NCBI GenBank assembly: GCA_018062345.1
Contig: JAGOSL010000001.1
Span: 170,493-234,492 of the forward strand
Direction of reading: 5' to 3'
DNA length: 64,000 nucleotides
Source: Pseudomonadota bacterium
GTDB taxonomy: Bacteria; Pseudomonadota; Alphaproteobacteria; Paracaedibacterales; CAITNM01
The notes beneath the pieces are model-generated. The model was not told the origin of the DNA, made no database searches, and saw only the letters and a program-made list of their open reading frames with translations. The translations under genes were made by a program, and so were the position numbers. Shown piece after piece: positions 35,839-44,655 of the stretch (positions are counted from its first letter, which is position 1; each line of letters starts with the position of its first letter).

Positions 35839-35915
35839 TGGTCGGGACGAGAGGATTCGAACCTCCGACATCCAGTACCCAAAACTGGCGCGCTACCAGG
35901 CTGCGCTACGTCCCG
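35839..35915 (-). tRNA. tRNA-Pro (anticodon UGG), CCA encoded
   Basis: The reverse complement is CGGGACGTAGCGCAGCCTGGTAGCGCGCCAGTTTTGGGTACTGGATGTCGGAGGTTCGAATCCTCTCGTCCCGACCA. The anticodon loop is TTTGGGT and the T loop is GGTTCGAATCC. Confidence 0.9.
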
Positions 35916-36012
35916 AACAGCTTATACACTATCTGAAAAAAAAGAGATTGCCAAGCGAAATAACTGTTAGTTGGGTTTTTTCCTAGTTCAGCAGTTTTGA
36001 AAAAATTTTTGT

Positions 36013-36366
36013 TTAGAAGCATAGGCAGCCGATCCATACTAGAATTACCAATGCAAATGCTAAGAAAACAGCTGCAGACGCTGCATCTTTTACAAATCCA
36101 ATGGCGAGATCATGCTCCATTGTGACTCTGTCAGCTAAGCGTTCTATAGCGCAGTTTATCAGTTCCAGACAAAGAACTAGCATGTATACAGATAGCATAA
36201 GAACTTTTCTGAAGAGGGTAACAGGTAAAAAGCCTAATACTATTAATAAAAAAGGAAGAAGATATATTTCTAATCGAAAAGAGTAATCATTGTTAAATGC
36301 TGCTTTTATGCCAGTGCAGGAGTATTTAAAACTGTTTTGAATTTTTCTTATCATAGCGCTTACCAT
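36013..36366 (-). CDS. dgkA: diacylglycerol kinase
   Basis: 117 aa with 3 TM. RLEIYL, LELINCAIERLADRV and VKDAASAAVF. Confidence 0.85.
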   Translation of the reverse strand: MVSAMIRKIQNSFKYSCTGIKAAFNNDYSFRLEIYLLPFLLIVLGFLPVTLFRKVLMLSVYMLVLCLELINCAIERLADRVTMEHDLAIGFVKDAASAAVFLAFALVILVWIGCLCF

Positions 36367-36421
36367 TTATTTACACTTACTTTGCTAAAGTTTTGAATAA
36401 GTAGCAAGAATTAGGTGTCAT

Positions 36422-36856
36422 TTGGGAAAATTTTTTAATTCTTTGCAGAAATTATTGCGAGTAAAACGGTATTCTATTGATCAATTGCGTCGACAAGTAG
36501 CGTTACTTAATGAACAAATTGATTTGCGCCTTTTGGCAATTGAAAAAAATATCGCTTATATCAATACGGAGCGCTTAATTGCATCTGTTAATATTAATGG
36601 ATCTGACACGCTTGTGGCATTTATGGAGCAAAAAATGCTTCAGAATAAGCAGTATGAAATGGAAAGAGAAGAATTACAAATGATGGTTAAAAAGCTTCAA
36701 GATCAATTATATGAAGCTTATGTGGAAGAAAAACAGCTTGAAAAAGTTCAATCTCAAGAAAAAATACGTATGACCATTGAAGAAAAACGTAGAGAAAACC
36801 AAGTAATGGATGAAATGGCAACCCAGACAAATAGAAAAAATTTGCTTAAATATTAA
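36422..36856 (+). CDS. fliJ: flagellar export protein FliJ (alphaproteobacterial type)
   Basis: 144-aa coiled coil. LLRVKRYSIDQLRRQVALLNEQID and the C-terminal EKVQSQEKIRMTIEEKRRENQVMDEMA parallel the Caulobacter-type FliJ pattern (RLRRFQVDEKRRQVAQIE ... E..E.DE.A) as I recall it. TTG start. Confidence 0.6.
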   Translation: MGKFFNSLQKLLRVKRYSIDQLRRQVALLNEQIDLRLLAIEKNIAYINTERLIASVNINGSDTLVAFMEQKMLQNKQYEMEREELQMMVKKLQDQLYEAYVEEKQLEKVQSQEKIRMTIEEKRRENQVMDEMATQTNRKNLLKY

Positions 36857-36925
36857 ATAAAACTTACAATATAGTGTAGTATTGATCTACATAAGTTAAA
36901 TTTACAGCGTGAGGGTAAAGAAACT

Positions 36926-37597
36926 ATGGGTAAATATCTTTCAGAAGTCTTAGGAACTTGTTTGTTCGTGCTTTTTGGTTGTGGAAGTGCTGTTTTGGCA
37001 GGAGGTCATATAGGGTTAGTTGGGGTAGCGTTATCATTCGGATTTGCGTTACTTATGCTTACCTACTGGTTGGAGCCAATTTCCGGCTGTCATCTCAATC
37101 CTGCTGTTACGCTAGTTTTGGCTTTTTCTAAGAAATTTCCAATGCGTGATATCGTCCCATATATTATTGCTCAATTAGTTGGTGGTATTCTTGGTGGGTA
37201 CTTATTATTGCACATCGCCCAAGGCCATGCACATTTCAGTGTGGAGGCAGGATTTGCATGTAATGGATTTGGCGAGTATTCTCCGGGTGGATACTCAGAG
37301 CTTAGTGGTCTAATTACAGAGGTTGTCATGACAACTGTGCTACTGTTAGCCGCACTTGCAATAAAATGTAAGAAATTTCCTGTTGATGCCTCCGGGCTTT
37401 TCATGGGGGTAACGCTTGCATCAATTCATCTGTTGAGTCTTCCTGTCACAAATACTTCCGTAAATATAGCCAGAAGCTTAGGTGTTGCTGTAATTCATGG
37501 TGGATGGGCAATGCAGCAATTGTGGTTATTTGGGGTGGCACAACTTCTTGCTGTGGTAATTGCAGTTGTTATATTTAAAGTTTTAGAAGATGAATAA
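36926..37597 (+). CDS. aqpZ: aquaporin Z-like MIP channel with a variant second NPA box (NIA)
   Basis: SGCHLNPAVT is the first NPA box. NTSVNIARSLG is the second box, read from codons AAT ATA GCC. 6 TM, 223 aa. Confidence 0.88.
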   Translation: MGKYLSEVLGTCLFVLFGCGSAVLAGGHIGLVGVALSFGFALLMLTYWLEPISGCHLNPAVTLVLAFSKKFPMRDIVPYIIAQLVGGILGGYLLLHIAQGHAHFSVEAGFACNGFGEYSPGGYSELSGLITEVVMTTVLLLAALAIKCKKFPVDASGLFMGVTLASIHLLSLPVTNTSVNIARSLGVAVIHGGWAMQQLWLFGVAQLLAVVIAVVIFKVLEDE

Positions 37598-37638
37598 GGA
37601 TTTTAAAATCAAGATAATCCCCCTTAAGGTATTAGAAA

Positions 37639-37662
37639 AGGGCCCTCATTATCGAGGGCCCT
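37639..37662. terminator. bidirectional hairpin terminator between aqpZ and a small minus-strand ORF
   Basis: A 9-bp GC-rich stem AGGGCCCTC/GAGGGCCCT with loop ATTATC. There are A/T runs on both sides. Confidence 0.7.
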
Positions 37663-37678
37663 TTAATTATTAATTTTT

Positions 37679-37831
37679 TTAGTCTTCTTTTGAGCTTTGA
37701 TTGGGCGTTCTCTTTTCTTCAAAACTCAGGTCCTTTTCTTTAATTTTTTGCTGTTCAAATGAAGATGGTCCTGACAATAAAATTTCGAGGGCTTTGGCAA
37801 TTTCGTTATTTTTACCTTCTTTTATAAACAT
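37679..37831 (-). CDS. possible small protein (50 aa), below the ORF-track cutoff
   Basis: Own translation gives MFIKEGKNNEIAKALEILLSGPSSFEQQKIKEKDLSFEEKRTPNQSSKED. AAGGAA lies 8 nt upstream of the ATG, and the ORF ends at the bidirectional terminator. Confidence 0.3.
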   Translation of the reverse strand: MFIKEGKNNEIAKALEILLSGPSSFEQQKIKEKDLSFEEKRTPNQSSKED

Positions 37832-38024
37832 TGGGGTATTCCTTTTGCAAATCCTGCCGTGAGGGTAAAAAAATTTTTCCTTAGTTACTACGTGGAATTT
37901 TATTGAAAATTCACTTTGCTATCTGATTTTATTCTGTTGTATACGCTCGCGATGTCCAATATCCCTTTAAGTATTGAATTTTGGGATTTTTGTTGCAATT
38001 TTGATGCATCAATAAAAGTCTTAA

Positions 38025-38327
38025 TTAGCTTGGGGTGTCTTCTAAAGGGGTGTCAGGAAGCTTGCTTTTTAAAACCCCTGTATTATGAGATAAGTTTATT
38101 TCTAAAGACCTTGCTCTTTCTTCTCCAGTAGTTAGCCTGCTTTCCACTTCTTTAGAAAAAGTTTTAAAGGAATTTTGTAAGTTTGTAATATCATTCTCTA
38201 TGACATCAAGTTTTCTTCTTTCCTCTTTCCTATTTTTCCATTTTTCTATGATGAGCGGAGGTAGTAATCCTGCAAAAAAACCAAGAAGGGCGGGTATTAA
38301 AAATTTCCAATCTAAAGACATCATCAT
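38025..38327 (-). CDS. hypothetical single-pass membrane protein with a coiled-coil tail; start ambiguous (38381 or the MMM cluster near 38327)
   Basis: TM segment FLIPALLGFFAGLLPPLII followed by a charged helix. It sits downstream of rimM on the same strand. Confidence 0.4.
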   Translation of the reverse strand: MMMSLDWKFLIPALLGFFAGLLPPLIIEKWKNRKEERRKLDVIENDITNLQNSFKTFSKEVESRLTTGEERARSLEINLSHNTGVLKSKLPDTPLEDTPS

Positions 38328-38432
38328 CCCCTTTATTTTGATTAAAGCAATTACTAATAAGCCTAAGCTTAGATAGCACAATAAGGTCTTAGATACAAAT
38401 CTTGGTGTGAATTTACAATTTAATATAACTGC

Positions 38433-38921
38433 TTAAATCAGGAAATGATCTTCTTCACACTCAAGTTTGTCGGAAAGAATGGTGCAACTGGTTAAATGTA
38501 TGTTTCCTGTTTTTCCTGATTGCGTTTGAACTTCACAAAAGGTTCCAGCGCCGAAGTCAAAAACTCCTATTACGTGACCTAATATTTTATTATTTGCTAT
38601 CAGCGGTAGCCCTATTAATTGTTCGTAATAGATTTCATCATCAGAAGGAGGAGGGAGCTGATGGTCAAAAATGAAAATTTTACTACCCTTTAAAAGTTCA
38701 GCCTGATTCCGGGTTGTTACTCCATCAATTGAAGCAATAGCAATGGTTGGGGCTTTGATAGTTAAACTTGTAATTGATATAGGCTCCTGCTTTTCATTAA
38801 CAAGAGACCCGTACATAGTTAGGCTATCGGACGAGCTTGCAAAGATTTTAATTTTCACTTGGCCTTTAATGCCATGGGCTGCTGTGATTTGTCCAAGGCA
38901 AATCAAATGGTTCATTGGCAA
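38433..38921 (-). CDS. rimM: 16S rRNA processing protein RimM
   Basis: ICLGQITAAHGIKGQVKIKIF is the RimM N-terminal motif, followed by a PRC barrel. Length is 162 aa. Confidence 0.85.
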   Translation of the reverse strand: MPMNHLICLGQITAAHGIKGQVKIKIFASSSDSLTMYGSLVNEKQEPISITSLTIKAPTIAIASIDGVTTRNQAELLKGSKIFIFDHQLPPPSDDEIYYEQLIGLPLIANNKILGHVIGVFDFGAGTFCEVQTQSGKTGNIHLTSCTILSDKLECEEDHFLI

Positions 38922-39081
38922 CTCACATTATCTTAAAAATGAATTTAGAAGGTTGGGGCAAAGATTTTTCTTCCTGATCTTTGAAAATAGGGTGAATATC
39001 CAGTGAGTAAGGTTACTATTAGTTCACTGGATTGCCACACTCAGTATATAGTCTCGCAAGTAATTCTTGCATAGGCTATAT

Positions 39082-39543
39082 TTATTCGGCTGCTGGTGCT
39101 TCTGTAGCAGCTTCTTCTGTAGTTACCGGAGCGTCTTCTACTGGTGCAGTAGTTTCAGCGGCTGGTACTTCAACAACAGTTTCTTCCGCTGCTTGTGCCG
39201 CAGCAGCAGCGGCTTCTTCAGCTGCTTTTAAACGATCTTGTGCTTTTTTCTTAGGCAGTGATTTCTTAGGAGTCACACTGTTGGCTGGTTTTTTCAACAG
39301 GTCGATATTCGCTAAAAAGCCAATAACGCGATCAGTTGGTTGTGCGCCAACAGAAAGCCAATATTTTGCGCGATCAGCGTCGATTATAACACGCTCTTTA
39401 TTCCCGTGCTCTAAAAACGGATTGTATGAACCAATACGTTCAACAAAACGACCATCTCTTGGTGCAGTCGCTTCAGCTACCACAATACGGTAGAAAGGAC
39501 GCTTCTTCGCGCCACCACGCGCTAAGCGAATTTTTAATGCCAT
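39082..39543 (-). CDS. rpsP: 30S ribosomal protein S16 with a long Ala/Glu/Thr-rich C-terminal extension
   Basis: [42 protein letters not shown]. Length is 153 aa against about 85 aa for the core. Confidence 0.92.
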   Translation of the reverse strand: MALKIRLARGGAKKRPFYRIVVAEATAPRDGRFVERIGSYNPFLEHGNKERVIIDADRAKYWLSVGAQPTDRVIGFLANIDLLKKPANSVTPKKSLPKKKAQDRLKAAEEAAAAAAQAAEETVVEVPAAETTAPVEDAPVTTEEAATEAPAAE

Positions 39544-39566
39544 GTGTATTACTCCTTAAACACTCT

Positions 39567-40919
39567 TTATATTCCACGCATCATTGCGCCTAAACCTTGG
39601 CGCATGAAACCCTTTTTCCCTATCTTTCCCATTCGTTTGAACATTGTTTGCATTTGTTCAAACTGCTTGAGCAAGCGGTTAACTTCCATTACTTGCACCC
39701 CAGCACCTAATGCAATACGCTTGCGGCGTGATCCATTTAGGATATTGGGAGTTCGTCGCTCTTTTTTTGTCATTGATCTAATAACAGCAAGTTGACGGCG
39801 AACAAGGCTGTCATCAAGGCCAGCCCCTTCCAGTTTATCTTGTATTTTGCCAATTCCGGGCAAAAAACCAAGCATACTAGAAAGCCCGCCCATTTTTTGC
39901 ATGCCTTCTAATTGTTTGGCCATATCATTCAGATCAAAATGCCCTTTTTCTAATTTTTTTGCAAGCTTTTCTTGATCTTCACTTTCAGCAAGTGCAGAAG
40001 CTCTTTCTACTAAGGCAATAATATCGCCCATATCAAGGATACGGCTGGCAACGCGATGGGGGTCAAATATCTCTAATTGGTCAATACGCTCGCCCATTCC
40101 AAGAAATTTAATCGGGCATCCAGTTACGTGACGCATAGAAAGAGCGGCGCCCCCGCGGCCGTCACCATCTGCTCGTGTGAGGATAATTGATGTTAGGCCT
40201 ATAGCATCATGGAAGCTTTTTGCTATATTTACAGCATCTTGTCCAGTGAGACTGTCAGCTACTAAGAATGTTTCTATAGGCTTTGATAGAGATTTTATTT
40301 CTTTTAATTCTGCCATCAATTCATCGTCGATGTGTAAACGTCCGGCAGTATCTAAAATAATAACATCTGTATTTTGGGTTTTTGCTGCGGTCATTGCACG
40401 CTTTGTTATCGCAAGTGGCTTCTCGCTATCAACAATAGGCAAACTTGGAATGTTCATTTGCTTAGCCAGCGTTTCCAATTGTAATTGAGCGGCAGGGCGG
40501 TATACGTCTAATGAGGCTAATAAAACATTTTTTCCAAACTTAGTGGTAAGTAATTTTGCGAGTTTTGCTGAAGTGGTAGTTTTTCCTGATCCTTGCAAAC
40601 CAGTCATTAAAATGACCATAGGTGAAGGGGCAGCAAGATTGATGGGTTCAGGCTCACCACCTAAAGCATGAATCAATTGTTCATTTACAATTTTTACAAC
40701 CATTTGGGCAGGATTAATGCTTTTGACAAGCTCTTGCCCAATAGCCTTTTCTTTTGCTTGTTCGATAAATTCTTTGACAACGGGTAAGGCTACGTCTGCC
40801 TCAAGAAGGGCAATGCGAATTTCACGCATCGCTGTGTTGACGTCATCTTCTGAAAGGGCGCCACGACCTTTTAAGCGATCAAAGATTCCGGATAAGCGAT
40901 CAGATAGTGATTTGTACAT
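39567..40919 (-). CDS. ffh: signal recognition particle protein Ffh
   Basis: GLQGSGKTTT, DTAGRL, TRADGDGRGGAALS and a Met-rich M domain. Confidence 0.95.
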   Translation of the reverse strand: MYKSLSDRLSGIFDRLKGRGALSEDDVNTAMREIRIALLEADVALPVVKEFIEQAKEKAIGQELVKSINPAQMVVKIVNEQLIHALGGEPEPINLAAPSPMVILMTGLQGSGKTTTSAKLAKLLTTKFGKNVLLASLDVYRPAAQLQLETLAKQMNIPSLPIVDSEKPLAITKRAMTAAKTQNTDVIILDTAGRLHIDDELMAELKEIKSLSKPIETFLVADSLTGQDAVNIAKSFHDAIGLTSIILTRADGDGRGGAALSMRHVTGCPIKFLGMGERIDQLEIFDPHRVASRILDMGDIIALVERASALAESEDQEKLAKKLEKGHFDLNDMAKQLEGMQKMGGLSSMLGFLPGIGKIQDKLEGAGLDDSLVRRQLAVIRSMTKKERRTPNILNGSRRKRIALGAGVQVMEVNRLLKQFEQMQTMFKRMGKIGKKGFMRQGLGAMMRGI

Positions 40920-40998
40920 ATGCCCTCGTAAAATGTATTTTTAAAATAGGGAATATCAGGGGAAATTACAAGAATGAGTATACCCAATATTTTTGCTG

Positions 40999-42192
40999 CT
41001 AATCGTATTCCGTATTTACTAAATTATCCCAGTCAGGAAAATCATCATTGAAATTATTCTTGGCAAGTTGTTCAGATGAAATAGATGCTAATGTCTGAGG
41101 AAGAAGAAATGGGAGATCATCAGCTGTTATTTCATCATCGCTATCTTCTTCGCTTGAGGTCCAAGATTTTTGCTTTGATCTTTTTAGCAGTGAACTTCTT
41201 TTAAGAGTATTTGGAGTAATCATCTTTCCATTGTCATCGAATTCTAAGCTATTTCTTCTGCCTCGAAAGCTTTTAAGTGTCTTATTTTTAAGCAACTCTA
41301 TTCTATCTGGAAATTGAACGCTGCGTGAGTTGGTTTTTAAAGCCTTTTCAGGCCCCAACCTGCAAGATGTTTCAATGCTGAGTTCTCCGCCGGCCCTAAT
41401 TCCATCATAGATTATTTGTGGTGCTATATATGCACGAAACTTAGCAGTAAGAGCAACCATAGATGAAAACATAAAAATAGTGTATTTGGGTTTTTTTGAT
41501 AGGTTTGGTATGTGTTGTGTGCAACCTTTTATCCAGATTGCTAAATTAGGGTAATGTGATTTGAATTCTTTTTTAAAATTTAGTAGTGGGTTTAAGTTAG
41601 CTGTATATCCAATAATATGGCGAAGAGCTAAGTTAAGCTCTACATCTTCATTTGTGCCATCTAGATCATCCCATATTTTTGAAAAGACTCGAGCGAAAGT
41701 TTCTAACTTCCATAAGTTTCCTGTATTTCTGCAAGGGTCTGGAGTGTTGATGATCTTTAAAAAAATGAATAATGTATTGCGTGTGATATCTTGTTCATAC
41801 AAGGGGTTGAAATATATTTGGGAAGTTACTTGCCGTTTCAAAGTGTATGCTTTAAGAATTTTCTCGGAAAGTATTTTTATTTCGTCAAGAACAGGTCTTT
41901 GAGAAAAAATCTCATTAATAATTTGACCAAAAAGAGGCGTTTGTTCAAAATTTATAGCTGGGACTCGAGGAGCATGACTAAGTAGGTGTTGAAAAATAGC
42001 TGGATTAATAGCTATTTTTTCAGTCCAAAAATTGGGAATAAAAGTGCTAGGAACTAAGTAAAGACCCGCAACAAAGGGCTGCATAGCATAATTTTGATCT
42101 TGCTCAAATTCTTTGTCATCTTTTGCTTCAGCACTGTATAATGCGAAAACTATTACGATAGCTAAAAAACTTAGAATAAAATGTCGAAACAT
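40999..42192 (-). CDS. secreted hypothetical protein, family A paralog 1 (397 aa)
   Basis: Signal peptide MFRHFILSFLAIVIVFALYSAEA. It aligns by eye to ORF 56617-57525 (for example FIFLKIINTPDP vs TSFLSIINTPSV, HYPNLAIW vs PYPDLAEW, and APQII vs ASQII). Confidence 0.6.
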   Translation of the reverse strand: MFRHFILSFLAIVIVFALYSAEAKDDKEFEQDQNYAMQPFVAGLYLVPSTFIPNFWTEKIAINPAIFQHLLSHAPRVPAINFEQTPLFGQIINEIFSQRPVLDEIKILSEKILKAYTLKRQVTSQIYFNPLYEQDITRNTLFIFLKIINTPDPCRNTGNLWKLETFARVFSKIWDDLDGTNEDVELNLALRHIIGYTANLNPLLNFKKEFKSHYPNLAIWIKGCTQHIPNLSKKPKYTIFMFSSMVALTAKFRAYIAPQIIYDGIRAGGELSIETSCRLGPEKALKTNSRSVQFPDRIELLKNKTLKSFRGRRNSLEFDDNGKMITPNTLKRSSLLKRSKQKSWTSSEEDSDDEITADDLPFLLPQTLASISSEQLAKNNFNDDFPDWDNLVNTEYD

Positions 42193-42341
42193 CTGCTGAG
42201 TGTGAATGCTTTTCTTATTAAAGTATAAAGTCCAAATTTTCAGATACTCAAGAAATATATTCTAGGTGGACGGTGCCACCTTGGCGTATTACCTGAAACA
42301 ATTTTTTTATTTCTAAGATTGCTGCTCAAAAATTCTGTTTG

Positions 42342-42356
42342 TGGCATGATTTTTGT
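42342..42356 (+). promoter_or_regulatory. possible sigma54 (-24/-12) promoter upstream of fliD
   Basis: TGGCAT-GATTT-TTGT against the consensus TGGCAC-N5-TTGC, about 40 nt upstream of the fliD ATG. There are two mismatches, so support is weak. Confidence 0.3.
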
Positions 42357-42395
42357 ATATAAGAACATACTATATAGTAAACAAAAGGTAGTTAC

Positions 42396-44243
42396 ATGCC
42401 TGGCGAAGTTAGCATGGGTAGAGCCATTGTGGATCCAAAAGGTCAAAAGCCTGTACGTGTTGGTATGAATCACGGTGGTCTTGATATGCAAGCAACCGGT
42501 AAAGAAATAAAAGAAGCTACTCTTGCCTCTACAAAAAAGCAAAGCGATGCTATTGAGAAAAATAAAACAGGGGTTCTTCCAGCTATCAGCGCTTTGCAAG
42601 AAAAAGTTAAATTATTACAAAGTGATGCTATTGCACTTAGTAACTACCTTGGAGATCGGCCTGGAATTGAAAGCAGTTTTAAAAGTCTTGTTCCTACAGT
42701 TTCTAAATCTGGAGAATTCTCAACAACTTCATTTGTGGACGTTACTCTAGATAGTGCCGTTGCTAAACCAACATCTGGATCAGTTTCCATGCGTGTTCTT
42801 CAGCTAGCAGTTGAGGACTCACGTATAACGGTAGATACAATCAAAGATTCAAGTAATAATCCCATTACATCAATTAACCAAGAGTTAGGCATATCAGGTA
42901 GTTTCACAATTAATGGTGGCGCCACAATTAATGTAAGAACAACTGATACATTGTACTCAATTGTTTCAGCAATTAACAATTCAAACTCAGGTGTGCAGGC
43001 AAATTTTTCCCAAAATGGTTTCGAACACTATTTAACATTAACAGGAACAAAACTTGCAAAGTCTCTCTTTTTTTCAGATAACGACGGCCTGCTGCAAACT
43101 CATTTTGGTATCGACACGGGGCCTACAGATATAGGAAACTTACAGGCAAAAATAGAATGTGATGTAACCGATGGCAAAAGAGGTGTCGTCACAAAAACCT
43201 ATGAATTTGACTCTAATATCGTTAAAGACCTAATTCCGGGTGCAACCCTAAAGCTTTTGAATACCACAAAAAATAGTGGTGGTGGTTATGACAACCTCAA
43301 TATTAATATTAGCAATAATAGCAAAGAAGCATGCGACAAAATTCTCGCATTCTACCAACACTATAATGAGATACGAGAAACTCTTAACAGAAATCTAATG
43401 ACAGATGACGATGGAAATCCCTTGGATCCAGAAGCTGTTATGGTAAGGTCGCCCTTGATTAAAAAACTTAATGAAGATTTGAGAGCGATTTCTCATTTTA
43501 CATTAGTAGGCTCGGAAAGAGATGATTTTGTAACAGTTAGAGATATAGGAATCGTGCGCGATGAAACAGCTACAGGGTTTCAAGCGGGTATATTTACAAT
43601 AGCTGATGCACAAAAACTTTTAGCAGCAATCCAAAATAATTTTGAGAAAGTCAAAAAGTTATTTGGAAATTACACTACAGTCTCAAATAGTAACTTTCGC
43701 GTAACGGATCTTGGTCCTTCTCTTGACCCTATGCTTGCGGGACGACCAATAACTGTTACGCTTAGCAATGTTGGCGGTAAATATTATTCCAGATTTTTAT
43801 GCGGCAATAACGATACAGGAAATGTAGAGCAAAAATCCTCATCCCGTCTGGTGGGAAAGGAAAATAGTGTTTTTGATAAAATTACGATCGACTATAAGGG
43901 GGCTCCTGTTCAAGATGGAGATAGTGTTACCTTTACTTTGACAGCAACCCAAGGGCTTGGCGTCTCAGTTAGCAATACACTAGGAAGCCTTTTAACAAAA
44001 GAAACTATTGATAAAAAAACCGGTAGAGTAGTAGAGGCAGATGGCGATTTTTCCATTGAGGTAAAACGCATACAACAAAAAAATGAAAAATTAGAAAAGC
44101 AAGTTAAAAGGATTGAAAAAAATGCTGAACGTGAAGAAAAAAGGTGGATAGCTCAGGCTGCACGCTATGATGCAATGAAAGCCAGCTATTCTAGCCTTTC
44201 AAAGCAACTAGAAAGTATGTCGATGGCTCACAGAAGAGATTAG
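42396..44243 (+). CDS. fliD: flagellar filament cap protein FliD (hook-associated protein 2)
   Basis: 615 aa. It has an N-terminal heptad region (ISALQEKVKLLQSDAIALSNYL) and a C-terminal coiled coil (RWIAQAARYDAMKASYSSLSKQLESM). It is followed by fliS. Confidence 0.7.
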   Translation: MPGEVSMGRAIVDPKGQKPVRVGMNHGGLDMQATGKEIKEATLASTKKQSDAIEKNKTGVLPAISALQEKVKLLQSDAIALSNYLGDRPGIESSFKSLVPTVSKSGEFSTTSFVDVTLDSAVAKPTSGSVSMRVLQLAVEDSRITVDTIKDSSNNPITSINQELGISGSFTINGGATINVRTTDTLYSIVSAINNSNSGVQANFSQNGFEHYLTLTGTKLAKSLFFSDNDGLLQTHFGIDTGPTDIGNLQAKIECDVTDGKRGVVTKTYEFDSNIVKDLIPGATLKLLNTTKNSGGGYDNLNINISNNSKEACDKILAFYQHYNEIRETLNRNLMTDDDGNPLDPEAVMVRSPLIKKLNEDLRAISHFTLVGSERDDFVTVRDIGIVRDETATGFQAGIFTIADAQKLLAAIQNNFEKVKKLFGNYTTVSNSNFRVTDLGPSLDPMLAGRPITVTLSNVGGKYYSRFLCGNNDTGNVEQKSSSRLVGKENSVFDKITIDYKGAPVQDGDSVTFTLTATQGLGVSVSNTLGSLLTKETIDKKTGRVVEADGDFSIEVKRIQQKNEKLEKQVKRIEKNAEREEKRWIAQAARYDAMKASYSSLSKQLESMSMAHRRD

Positions 44244-44252
44244 GACTTAATT

Positions 44253-44648
44253 ATGTATAATCGCTATAAACAAACATCCGTCCAAGGGTTAACAGTTAAT
44301 CGGCAGATTGCAACTGTCATAAAAGATATTCATATGAAGTTGCAAGAAAGCGAACGCTTATTTAGAAGTTATAAATTAGCTGCCAGTATAGAAAGCGGTG
44401 AAAAAGCTGTTTATAAATCAATTGCTCTTTCAAATATTATGGAAGGGTATATAGATCAAACGATAAAAAAGAATCAAGGAAATTCAGAAGTTTTAGAGGG
44501 TCTGAAAGAGCTGCAACTGCATTTTAATAGTTTGCATCACACGATTAACCAATATGTTATCAAGCGTAATAAAGAGTTATATGAAAAAATAATTCTTAAT
44601 TTAAAAGCAATGGAAAATTTTTGGAATGAATTGCCTGCTGTAGAATAG
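44253..44648 (+). CDS. fliS: flagellar export chaperone FliS
   Basis: 131-aa helical protein immediately downstream of fliD. YKQTSVQG start and a C-terminal ...MENFWNEL. Confidence 0.55.
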   Translation: MYNRYKQTSVQGLTVNRQIATVIKDIHMKLQESERLFRSYKLAASIESGEKAVYKSIALSNIMEGYIDQTIKKNQGNSEVLEGLKELQLHFNSLHHTINQYVIKRNKELYEKIILNLKAMENFWNELPAVE

Positions 44649-44655
44649 AAAGCTT

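Noticed and set aside
35771-35986. 71-aa track ORF downstream of the adenosyltransferase
   Set aside because: It runs antisense across the tRNA-Pro gene (35839-35915), has no RBS and has no recognisable protein features.
39032-39493. 153-aa Ala/Ser-rich ORF on the plus strand
   Set aside because: It is the mirror image of the rpsP gene. The low-complexity GC-rich S16 tail keeps the antisense frame open. rpsP has the unmistakable S16 N-terminus.
41200-41260. RRxS motifs (GRRNS in two proteins, KRRKS in a third) as evidence of host-kinase phosphorylation sites
   Set aside because: These are too short and compositionally favoured in Lys/Arg/Asn-rich proteins of an AT-rich genome to count as evidence. 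They are mentioned only as a weak, testable aside in the effector finding.
42240-42599. 119-aa minus-strand ORF across the fliD promoter and start
   Set aside because: It overlaps the fliD 5' end antisense and has an implausible composition (Cys/Phe/His-rich, no RBS). fliD has coherent family features.
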